Shown here: one piece after another, positions 1-6,711 of the stretch
How positions within the stretch are numbered: position 1 is the stretch's first letter
How the letters are laid out: the number at the start of each line of letters is the position of its first letter
Origin: a virus
Lineage: Duplodnaviria > Caudoviricetes
IMG/VR virus record: IMGVR_UViG_3300021399_000111
Span: 1-64,000 of that record
Direction: 5' to 3' (one strand)
Length of the DNA: 64,000 nt
The notes under the pieces: model-generated
What the model saw: only the letters and a program-made list of their open reading frames with translations
Told to the model about the DNA's origin: nothing
Database searches by the model: none
Program-made: the position numbers and the translations under genes

Positions 1-70
1 CACGCTGGATTTTCTGCAAGGCTTTGTAGGCTTTTTTAGTCATTCCCTTTTTATTTCCGATGCTTGCCAT
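1..70 (-). CDS. small basic protein, 5' part only (runs off the window)
   Basis: ATG at 70, RBS GAAAGTGAGGG, own promoter TTGATT-17-TATAAT at 124-96; reads MASIGNKKGMTKKAYKALQKIQR... Confidence 0.6.
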   Translation of the reverse strand, partial: MASIGNKKGMTKKAYKALQKIQR

Positions 71-133
71 TGTCTGTCCCTCACTTTCTAAAAAAATTAT
101 ATCAAAAAATTATAAAAAAATCAAGTAGTAATT

Positions 134-286
134 TTATACAAATTTCGGGATCCTAGGGCAGAAAAATTTGTGCAATTTGTCTATTGACAAAAAACTGAAA
201 TGATGATATAATGAAAAACTCGGTGCATTTCCGCAAAGAGCGCCCGGAAATGCGCCGCCAATAAAAAAGGCGCCCCGAAGGGCGCC
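134..286 (+). repeat. composite repeat unit 1 (palindrome + promoter + GC hairpin + terminator)
   Basis: TTATACAAATTT(134)/AAATTTGTGCAA(164); TTGACA(184)-17-TATAAT(207); stem CGGTGCATTTCCG/CGGAAATGCGCCG 221-257; A-run then GGCGCCC-CGAA-GGGCGCC 269-286. Confidence 0.85.
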
Positions 287-298
287 AAAGAGAGGTCA

Positions 299-460
299 TC
301 AGATGCGGATCCGCCTGGCTTCCTGAATCGGGAGCAGAGGCGCCGACTTTTCGGCGGTGACATCCTCAAAGTCAACCGTGTACTTCTGTCCAGAGGCATT
401 AGCCTCGTTCATCGTGCGAACAACAGTGCCATCAGCAAGAACATAGATAAGATTTCTCAT
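299..460 (-). CDS. 53-aa hypothetical protein (below ORF-track cutoff)
   Basis: AAAAGAGAGGTAAACAAA-ATG; MRNLIYVLADGTVVRTMNEANASGQKY...RRIRI, double TGA stop; perfect promoter TTGACA-17-TATAAT at 546-518. Confidence 0.8.
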   Translation of the reverse strand: MRNLIYVLADGTVVRTMNEANASGQKYTVDFEDVTAEKSAPLLPIQEARRIRI

Positions 461-542
461 TTTGTTTACCTCTCTTTTGTGAATTGTTGTGGGGGTGTTC
501 CCCTGTTTTCTAAAATCATTATAGCATTATTTTTTTTATTTG

Positions 543-779
543 TCAACCTCTTTTTACAAGAAAGTTGAAAATAATCAATCCAAGGGTGATTGCAAAGCAG
601 GCGCAATCCTTAACCTTGTCAGCGGTAGGGCGCTCAAGGATAAAGCAACGGATGGCGGAAATGGTGTTACATCCGAGATAGATAAACTGTCCGAGATAAA
701 AATTTTCGCCAACTACGCACTGGGCAACAATCAGACCGATAAGAACAACAAACTGGAGATTTTCAACAAACTTTTTCAT
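543..779 (-). CDS. small membrane protein (78 aa, about 3 hydrophobic segments)
   Basis: Start moved to MKKFVENLQF because of RBS AAAGAGAGGT; hydrophobic stretches. Confidence 0.75.
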   Translation of the reverse strand: MKKFVENLQFVVLIGLIVAQCVVGENFYLGQFIYLGCNTISAIRCFILERPTADKVKDCACFAITLGLIIFNFLVKRG

Positions 780-850
780 ACTCACTACCTCTCTTTCTCT
801 CTCTTGACAATAACAGTATAACACATTACAGGATAAATACAACATACAAA

Positions 851-970
851 TTGCACAAAATTTGGATTGTATTTTTGTGCAAGATTACTATTGACAGAAA
901 ATGCGCGCCATGCCGAGTTATGCACGGCGCGCCAATAAAAAGAGAGGTGCGGAAAGTTTCCGCACCTTTT
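851..970 (+). repeat. composite repeat unit 2 (no -10 box)
   Basis: TTGCACAAAA(851)/TTTTTGTGCAA(872); TTGACA 891 runs straight into GCGCGCC..GGCGCGC hairpin 903-932; terminator AGGTGCGGAAA-G-TTTCCGCACCT 945-967. Confidence 0.85.
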
Positions 971-985
971 AATTTTGGTTCTTTG

Positions 986-1408
986 TTATGCGAGGGAGTA
1001 AAGGCTATCTCTCACCTCGATTTCTACAGAGTAATCATAATTTCTGACAGTAATCTTATAAGGGTCTGAATATCTCTGCTTCAAGAAGCCGCTTGCGCAC
1101 AGTCTACGGCAAGTCGCGGTAGCTCTCTGCACCGTCCAACGGATACCATTTTCTCTAAGATATTCTACAATATCCTTAATCTTACATTCTCCCCCTAACT
1201 TCTCAAAAAATTCCATAACCACGGAGATATCCTTGCCAAGCTGAATCATTTCCATAAAATTACTAGAAGAAACTGAACTGCATGCTGAAGCTTCGGTAAC
1301 GCGAATGTTTCCGCGATGATTGCGCCAATAAAATGCATATCTATCACACATTACCGCAAGTCCAATCATTTCAAGATTCTCTTTTGTCATAAAATTGCTA
1401 ACTTCCAT
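986..1408 (-). CDS. putative winged-helix DNA-binding protein
   Basis: C-terminal KIKDIVEYLRENGIRWTVQRATATCRRLCASGFLKQ looks like a wHTH; RBS spacing favours ATG 1408; promoter TTGACA-17-TAAAGT at 1463-1435. Confidence 0.55.
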   Translation of the reverse strand: MEVSNFMTKENLEMIGLAVMCDRYAFYWRNHRGNIRVTEASACSSVSSSNFMEMIQLGKDISVVMEFFEKLGGECKIKDIVEYLRENGIRWTVQRATATCRRLCASGFLKQRYSDPYKITVRNYDYSVEIEVRDSLYSLA

Positions 1409-1459
1409 TTTCATTTACCTCTCTTTCTATAACTACTTTATCATATAAAGGCTTTTTTG

Positions 1460-1900
1460 TCAAGCCCCTTTTTTAAATTTTTTAATTTGTTTTGTAGTCA
1501 GAAGAGTTGCACCGTCAAATTTGATTTGTACTTCTCTTCCGTCGATATTAATATCACCTTGCATCCAAAAAGGAATTGTATCTTTTTCCCAAGTCTGTCC
1601 ATAATATTCAGTGACAAGTTTCTCGAAAATCTCACCTTTATTATACTTATCATTAACCAACTGGCACTCTGAACCTAAGCACACAGGATTTTTCTTCATA
1701 AGTTGTGCCTTATAGGCTTTCTTGACGCGGAGGCGGAGATTGTCGCCCTGATTGCGGCTTGCCTCCTCTGCGGAAAGATATCTAGGCATGATCTCCGCAA
1801 CATTTACCATATAAATATTTTTATCATAGGTAAAGCCTAAAATATAACTATCCGCCGCCGACTTATCTCTATACCATTTCATCATCGTTTTCTTTGTCAT
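1460..1900 (-). CDS. hypothetical protein (146 aa)
   Basis: ORF with AAAGAGAGGT RBS and promoter TTGCAT-17-TATAAT at 1966-1938; GEIFE...GDINIDGREVQIK is weakly PD-(D/E)xK-like. Confidence 0.7.
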   Translation of the reverse strand: MTKKTMMKWYRDKSAADSYILGFTYDKNIYMVNVAEIMPRYLSAEEASRNQGDNLRLRVKKAYKAQLMKKNPVCLGSECQLVNDKYNKGEIFEKLVTEYYGQTWEKDTIPFWMQGDINIDGREVQIKFDGATLLTTKQIKKFKKGA

Positions 1901-1975
1901 CTGTTAAGTACCTCTCTTTCCCTTACCTTGTAAATACATTATACTCCCCGGTAGGCAAAAATGCAATAGGGCAAA

Positions 1976-2132
1976 TTGCACAAAATTTTGGGATAAAATT
2001 TGTGCATTTTGCTGATTAAAAAGTGCTTGACAAAATGTTAAAGGTATGGTATAATATAAAATTCGGCGCGCCGCGGAGTGGTATGATCGCAGGCGCGCCG
2101 GCAAAAAGAGAGGGCGGTCAAATGACCGCCCT
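1976..2132 (+). repeat. composite repeat unit 3
   Basis: TTGCACAAAATTT(1976)/AAATTTGTGCAT(1996); TTGACA(2027)-17-TATAAT(2050); CGGCGCGCC..GGCGCGCCG 2064-2100; AGGGCGGTCA-AA-TGACCGCCCT 2111-2132. Confidence 0.85.
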
Positions 2133-2564
2133 TAAAGCATCAATAATGTTATCCGTAGCATCTACTGTTGCGCCTAAGTCCCAGGCGGTGCGGTTCTGCT
2201 CTTCATCATCTACGAGAATTCCTTTTCCGTATCTTCTGCAAGTATCTGCTTTCCGCACTCCATAAGGGGTAACGATGATTGCGTCAAGCAAGTCACTTAA
2301 ACAACGCTCCCAGAGCCATTTCCGCTTAACCTTTGCGACAGCCTTGTCATAGTCAGCGTTTCTTTCCTTGCTTCCCCAAGAGATAACACCGAGATTGTAG
2401 CCCCGCATTTTCAAATCAGCGAAAAGCGCAAGCAAATCAATTTCTGCATAAAGCGGGCGGGCTTCCGCATAAGGTCTGACATTGTGAGCCCTAAGATCAT
2501 CAAGCCAGCCATCTACTCCATACAGGTCTGCAATAGTACCATCCATGTCAAACCAAATCCACAT
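2118..2564 (-). CDS. HAD-superfamily phosphatase, 5'(3')-nucleotidase-like
   Basis: Motif I FDMDGT, motif II ISW, K, motif IV LVDD; start MWIWFD after the RBS; promoter TTGCTT-17-TAGTAT at 2618-2590. Confidence 0.8.
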   Translation of the reverse strand: MWIWFDMDGTIADLYGVDGWLDDLRAHNVRPYAEARPLYAEIDLLALFADLKMRGYNLGVISWGSKERNADYDKAVAKVKRKWLWERCLSDLLDAIIVTPYGVRKADTCRRYGKGILVDDEEQNRTAWDLGATVDATDNIIDALRAVI

Positions 2565-2627
2565 ACTGTTTACCTCTCTTTCTGTATACATACTAGCATA
2601 AATTGCAGGATAAAGCAATAGGTAATA

Positions 2628-2763
2628 TTGCACAAAATTTGCTATAAAAATTTGTGCAAATTTACCATTGACAGAAAAAACGCGTCGTGGGGATTCATCC
2701 ACGACGCGCCAAACAAATGTTATTTAATAAAATAAAAAGAGAGGTGGCGGTTTCCCGCCACCT
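2628..2763 (+). repeat. composite repeat unit 4 (no -10 box)
   Basis: TTGCACAAAATTT(2628)/AAATTTGTGCAA(2648); TTGACA 2668; perfect stem CGCGTCGTGG/CCACGACGCG 2681-2708; AGGTGGCGG-TTTC-CCGCCACCT 2742-2763. Confidence 0.85.
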
Positions 2764-2769
2764 GTTATT

Positions 2770-2967
2770 TTAATTCTCCTTTTCAGTGACAACAATACGA
2801 ATGTTATTAACAGCGTCCTCATCGTGATTACCCAGAATCGTATCAAGAAGGTAATCAAGATCTTTAATCTTATCGCCATCATCATACATAACTAAAAAGG
2901 CAAAACTCTTAAGGACTTGTCTTTCTTCTTCTGTTAAATAAAGCGTTGTTTGTGTGTTCATTTTCAT
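2770..2967 (-). CDS. hypothetical acidic protein (65 aa)
   Basis: RBS AAAGAGAGGTG; perfect promoter TTGACA-17-TATAAT at 3023-2995. Confidence 0.75.
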   Translation of the reverse strand: MKMNTQTTLYLTEEERQVLKSFAFLVMYDDGDKIKDLDYLLDTILGNHDEDAVNNIRIVVTEKEN

Positions 2968-3003
2968 AGTTATTCACCTCTCTTTCTATTGTTTATTATA
3001 GCA

Positions 3004-3219
3004 TTAAGATTTTGATTTGTCAAGCTTTTTTCTGCGGTCAATGTGAACAATAATTGCACGGATAATCGCGCAGGTAATTGCTACAGGCCAAAGGATACCC
3101 GCAAGTAAATCCTCAAAATCGGCTATTAAGCAACCGCTACCAATGCTAATAAAATTTATAATGTGAGCGATAATAAAGTAAGCAAGAGCAATGATAAGGA
3201 TAATTTCAAGGGTAGTCAT
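3004..3219 (-). CDS. small membrane protein (71 aa, 2 TM segments, basic tail)
   Basis: Start MTTLEIILII after AAAGAGAGGTAAACAAA; perfect promoter at 3273-3245. Confidence 0.75.
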   Translation of the reverse strand: MTTLEIILIIALAYFIIAHIINFISIGSGCLIADFEDLLAGILWPVAITCAIIRAIIVHIDRRKKLDKSKS

Positions 3220-3279
3220 TTTGTTTACCTCTCTTTCTGAAGTCATTATATCATTTTTATTTTGGAGTGTCAAGAACTT

Positions 3280-3417
3280 TTTTTGAGGTAGTTTCCATCG
3301 GGTGGACAGGCTTTCAAGTGGTAGTTTCGGCTTTGTCAAGTCAATTCCATCACCCTATTTACTTTGTCAGTGCCGATTATCTCTTCAAGAGGTATCCGCT
3401 ACCTTTTCCCTCTCTGT
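3280..3417 (-). ncRNA. candidate structured non-coding RNA (about 140 nt)
   Basis: Promoter TTGACA-17-TATACT at 3452-3424, no credible ORF/RBS downstream; internal complementarities GGTAG/CTACC (x2), TCGGC/GCCGA, GGGTG/CACCC, CTCTT/AAGAG. Confidence 0.45.
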
Positions 3418-3470
3418 GATTATAGTATACTGCTAGCCTTCCCTACTGTCAAGAGAAAGTGTAAAAAATA

Positions 3471-3619
3471 TTGCACAAATTTTGGGATCCTTTGAAGTGA
3501 AAATTTGTGCAAATTGTCTATTGACAAAATGTGGCGGAAATGATATAATTAAAATTTCGGCGCGCGTGGATCGTGCGCGCGGCGCCAAACAAAAAACAGG
3601 GAAGGCTTTAAGCCTTCCC
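3471..3619 (+). repeat. composite repeat unit 5
   Basis: TTGCACAAATTT(3471)/AAATTTGTGCAA(3501); TTGACA(3521)-17-TATAAT(3544); GCGCGCG..TGCGCGC hairpin 3560-3580; GGGAAGGCTT-T-AAGCCTTCCC 3599-3619. Confidence 0.85.
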
Positions 3620-3910
3620 ATAGAGACGCGCCAGAGCGCTTTCCAATTCATCATCGTCGAGGGTGATGAGTTCGATGTCTTCCCCTTCCCAGTCATCTTC
3701 CTCATACTCCTCGCCGAAGTAGACGCCCTGACAGTCAGGACACATGCCAGAGACAAGCGCTTCCCGCTCTGTTGCGGTCAGATAGGGAAAAGCGTTCTGG
3801 ACGAGCGCCCCTCTCTGATAGCGGATGTAGTCCTCTTCCCGCACCGCCACAGAGAAAAGCTTCCCGCAGAAAGGGCAGACAATAGTAAGTTCAAGATTTC
3901 TGTTCATCAT
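3608..3910 (-). CDS. zinc-ribbon protein with acidic tail
   Basis: CPFC...CPDC pair, tail EEYEEDDWEGEDIE; RBS; promoter TTGACA-17-TAAAAT at 3965-3937. Confidence 0.75.
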   Translation of the reverse strand: MMNRNLELTIVCPFCGKLFSVAVREEDYIRYQRGALVQNAFPYLTATEREALVSGMCPDCQGVYFGEEYEEDDWEGEDIELITLDDDELESALARLYGKA

Positions 3911-3972
3911 AGTTATTTACCTCTCTTTCTAGGTCTATTTTACTATTTATTATTGTTAATGTCAAGCACTTT

Positions 3973-4113
3973 TTACAGAACTTTTTCAATAATCTTGACG
4001 CGGTCTCCGCTGGCATCGATCATCACCTTGATAACCACCTGTCCCTTGCTAGCCTTGCAGGCTTCCTTAGCGGTGCTGAAGTTCTTTCCTCTAGTCTTGT
4101 AGTAGATAGCCAT
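3973..4113 (-). CDS. 46-aa basic hypothetical protein (below ORF-track cutoff)
   Basis: AAAGAGAGGAAA RBS; MAIYYKTRGKNFSTAKEACKASKGQVVIKVMIDASGDRVKIIEKVL*; promoter TTGACA-17-TATTAT at 4186-4158. Confidence 0.75.
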   Translation of the reverse strand: MAIYYKTRGKNFSTAKEACKASKGQVVIKVMIDASGDRVKIIEKVL

Positions 4114-4204
4114 TTTATTTTCCTCTCTTTTGCTGTTGTTCTCTTGTTTCTGTAATAATAATACTGCTGTATACTCATTTTGTCAAATAATTTTGATAAA
4201 AAAG

Positions 4205-4379
4205 TTGCATAAATTTCAGGATCAAATACCAGAAATTTTTGTGCAATTTGTCTATTGACAAAATATTGAAACATGTGGTATAATGAAAAATCGCGCGCGA
4301 GAGGACCATTCGCGCGCCATCGCAAGTTGTCATTTTTACATTTGCGCAAAAGAAAAAACTGCGTTTCCGCAGTTTTTCT
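4205..4379 (+). repeat. composite repeat unit 6
   Basis: TTGCATAAATTT(4205)/TTTTTGTGCAA(4236); TTGACA(4255)-18-TATAAT(4279); GCGCGCGA..TCGCGCGC 4293-4317; AGAAAAAACTGCG-TTTC-CGCAGTTTTTCT 4351-4379. Confidence 0.85.
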
Positions 4380-4382
4380 CTC

Positions 4383-4577
4383 TTACTCCTCGAAGTCGTC
4401 CATCTCTTCTGCGTAGTACTGGTCAAGGCTACGGTAGCCAGTCCGCACATACACAACTGCGTTGAGTACCTGTTCCCAAGAGCCTGCCATCAGGTTGCGT
4501 GCCAGATTCAACTCGTCAGCGGTTGCGATTCCAAGTTCTACAATCTGGTCATAATCCATCATTTCCTTCTGTGTCAT
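4383..4577 (-). CDS. hypothetical acidic protein (64 aa)
   Basis: RBS AAGAGAGGTAAAC; promoter TTGACA-17-TAGAAT at 4651-4623. Confidence 0.75.
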   Translation of the reverse strand: MTQKEMMDYDQIVELGIATADELNLARNLMAGSWEQVLNAVVYVRTGYRSLDQYYAEEMDDFEE

Positions 4578-4659
4578 AGTGTTTACCTCTCTTGCTTTTG
4601 TTGTTATCTCTTTGATGATTTTATTCTATCACCTTTTGTTGATTGTGTCAACCCCTTTT

Positions 4660-4872
4660 TTAGTATCCATACTCACCATGCGCCCAAGCGTTCCACCAGA
4701 AGAACTCTGCCATTTCATCATCGTTGTGCTTTACGATAGACCAACCCCAACCCATCTTATCACTCTTTGCAAGTGCCTTTTCTGCCTCTTCCTTGCTGAT
4801 GTGCCCGTAGCCCATGGGAGTGTGTCCCTTTCTGTTGATGATCGAGTATCTGTAATCTTCTACGGTTTTCAT
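4660..4872 (-). CDS. hypothetical protein (70 aa, Trp-rich C-terminus)
   Basis: RBS AGAGAGGTAAACAAA; promoter TTGACA-17-TATTAT at 4942-4914. Confidence 0.75.
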   Translation of the reverse strand: MKTVEDYRYSIINRKGHTPMGYGHISKEEAEKALAKSDKMGWGWSIVKHNDDEMAEFFWWNAWAHGEYGY

Positions 4873-4960
4873 TTTGTTTACCTCTCTGTTGTTGTTTCCT
4901 TGTTTCTGTAATAATAATACATTAAAAAGAAAAAAGTGTCAACACTTTTTAAAGAAAAAG

Positions 4961-5160
4961 TTGCACAAAATACACAGATCTTGTTTGTGCATTTTGTACA
5001 TTTCTTTGATAATTTTTTAACAAGATCCTTTGTGCATGTTGTACACATTTTAGGATCATTTAGCCTGTATCTTTGTGCAATTTGCCTATTGACAAAAGTT
5101 GAAAGATGTAGTATAATGGAAGAACGGCGCTTGACGTGATAATGCGCTCGCCTGCGCGCC
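4961..5160 (+). repeat. composite repeat unit 7 (terminal, extra half-sites)
   Basis: Half-sites TTGCACAAA 4961, TTTGTGCAT 4984 and 5029, TTGTACAC 5039, TTTGTGCAA 5072; TTGACA(5089)-17-TATAAT(5112); GGCGC..GCGCC 5126-5160. Confidence 0.8.
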
Positions 5161-5541
5161 TAGCAAATTATTCCAGTTTAATTATAACTATTTGATTTTC
5201 AACTATTCTGTTCTATTGTTTATTCTATCTTGTTTGTTTGCTTTTGATACGCCTGTATTTATTTGTTATCTTTTTCTATCATTTTGTAGAGGGGTCTGTT
5301 TTTAGAGAGGGTCTCTGACAAAGCTCGAATCTACGTAGATTCCTGGTACTTTTTTCCGGGGGGAGTATTTTCGGGAAAATTTAAATGGAGATTGTAAAAA
5401 TCTTTTTGCCTCCACAACTCCCCCACCAAAAATTTTTTCTATTTTAAAAAACGAACACTATTTTAGGCTTTTAAAAAACGATATATATTTTCTCATTTCC
5501 CGCAAAAATATACCGCATGCATATTTAATTTCCGTTTTCGC

Positions 5542-5570
5542 TTGACATTGTCAAAAATTTTTGGTATAAT
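5542..5570 (+). promoter_or_regulatory. sigma-A-type promoter of the packaging operon
   Basis: TTGACA-17-TATAAT with extended -10 TG. Confidence 0.8.
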
Positions 5571-5601
5571 AACAATAGGTGTAGAAAGGAGAGCATACAC
5601 A

Positions 5602-6699
5602 ATGAATGAAGAAGGATATATAAAAATGGACTTTTCTCTCACTTCCGCACAAGAGCGAAATGAAAAAGTCAAAGAAATCCTCGCAAATACACCTCCTGAA
5701 AAACTTACTCCTTTATACCTTAATAAATTAGCAGAATATATTGTAGAACCAATTACAGACCAAGAGAAAAAAGAAAAACGCATATTAACAAGCAACATGA
5801 TGGTAACAGTAGGGAAAAGAGAAGTTTCCTTAGAAGGTTTAATTAGTAAACTTGAAAATGGGGAAGATGGCATTTATGGCATGATAGCTAATGATAAAAA
5901 TATTATCTTCCAACCAAAATCTGGTATTACACAAAAGGATTTAGACACAATTCAGCCCTTGCGGGAATTATATGAAGAGATTTTAAAACTAGAAGAAAAA
6001 ATTAAACATAGCCGCGGCAAGCATGCTTTCGCACTTCATAAACAATTAATAGAAATGCGGAAAGACCAATATGTTATTAGAAGTGCTTACCGCCCGCAAA
6101 TTTATAGTACAAATATTACAAAAAGTGCTGCCCGCTTAGACCTTTCAGAAAAAGTTACAATAGATGAGGCAGGACATGTCCATAGTAATGGAATAATCAA
6201 TTTTTACGATGAAAAGCATATTTCCATGCTTTTGTGTAATTATTCAAAAATAAAAGAAGAATGCTGGGATAAGTTTAATAGTGATATGAAATGGTTAATG
6301 GAAGATTTAGATAATCTCATTGACAATACATTGCGGGAAGACTATCCTATGTATTATGATCTTCTAATTTATAAAATTGATGGCCGCCAGAATATTGAAA
6401 TTCAAGAACTACTTTATGATAAATATGGCATAAAGCATTCTGTTGAATACATTTCTTCTTTATGGCGGAATAAAATTCCAAAATTAATAGTACAAGAAGC
6501 GGAAAATGAATACCTTATTTGGTATTACACAAATGTAGAACGCGGAAAGTGGAAACGCTGTTCAAAATGTGGGCAAATTAAGTTAGCTCATAATAACTTT
6601 TTTTCAAAAAATAATACCTCAAAAGATGGCTTTTATAGTATTTGTAAAAAATGTAGAAATGTAAAAAATAAAAAAATTATGCCGATAAGCAGAACTTAA
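5602..6699 (+). CDS. DNA-binding protein with helix-turn-helix-like region and C-terminal Zn finger (possible transcription regulator)
   Basis: Start set at ATG 5602 (RBS AAGGAG); NIEIQELLYDKYGIKHSVEYISSLW is HTH-like; CSKC...CKKC. Confidence 0.55.
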   Translation: MNEEGYIKMDFSLTSAQERNEKVKEILANTPPEKLTPLYLNKLAEYIVEPITDQEKKEKRILTSNMMVTVGKREVSLEGLISKLENGEDGIYGMIANDKNIIFQPKSGITQKDLDTIQPLRELYEEILKLEEKIKHSRGKHAFALHKQLIEMRKDQYVIRSAYRPQIYSTNITKSAARLDLSEKVTIDEAGHVHSNGIINFYDEKHISMLLCNYSKIKEECWDKFNSDMKWLMEDLDNLIDNTLREDYPMYYDLLIYKIDGRQNIEIQELLYDKYGIKHSVEYISSLWRNKIPKLIVQEAENEYLIWYYTNVERGKWKRCSKCGQIKLAHNNFFSKNNTSKDGFYSICKKCRNVKNKKIMPISRT

Positions 6700-6711
6700 G
6701 GAGGTATTATA

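Noticed and set aside
3290-3400. Hammerhead or pistol ribozyme
   Set aside because: Core-like fragments are present, but the required stems could not be assembled. Kept only as an unclassified ncRNA candidate.
181-5139. Alternative ORFs in the array (181-399, 540-821, 851-1069, 1904-2104, 2023-2265, 3433-3756, 3482-4102, 4023-4349, 4175-4456, 4579-4911, 4936-5139)
   Set aside because: They lack an RBS, run through promoters and hairpins, or are antisense or out of frame to genes with a clear promoter and RBS.
134-5160. Repeat array as a CRISPR array or integron
   Set aside because: Repeats are degenerate, 650-1130 bp apart and separated by promoter-bearing genes. There are no cas or integrase genes in the window and no attC core motifs were recognised.
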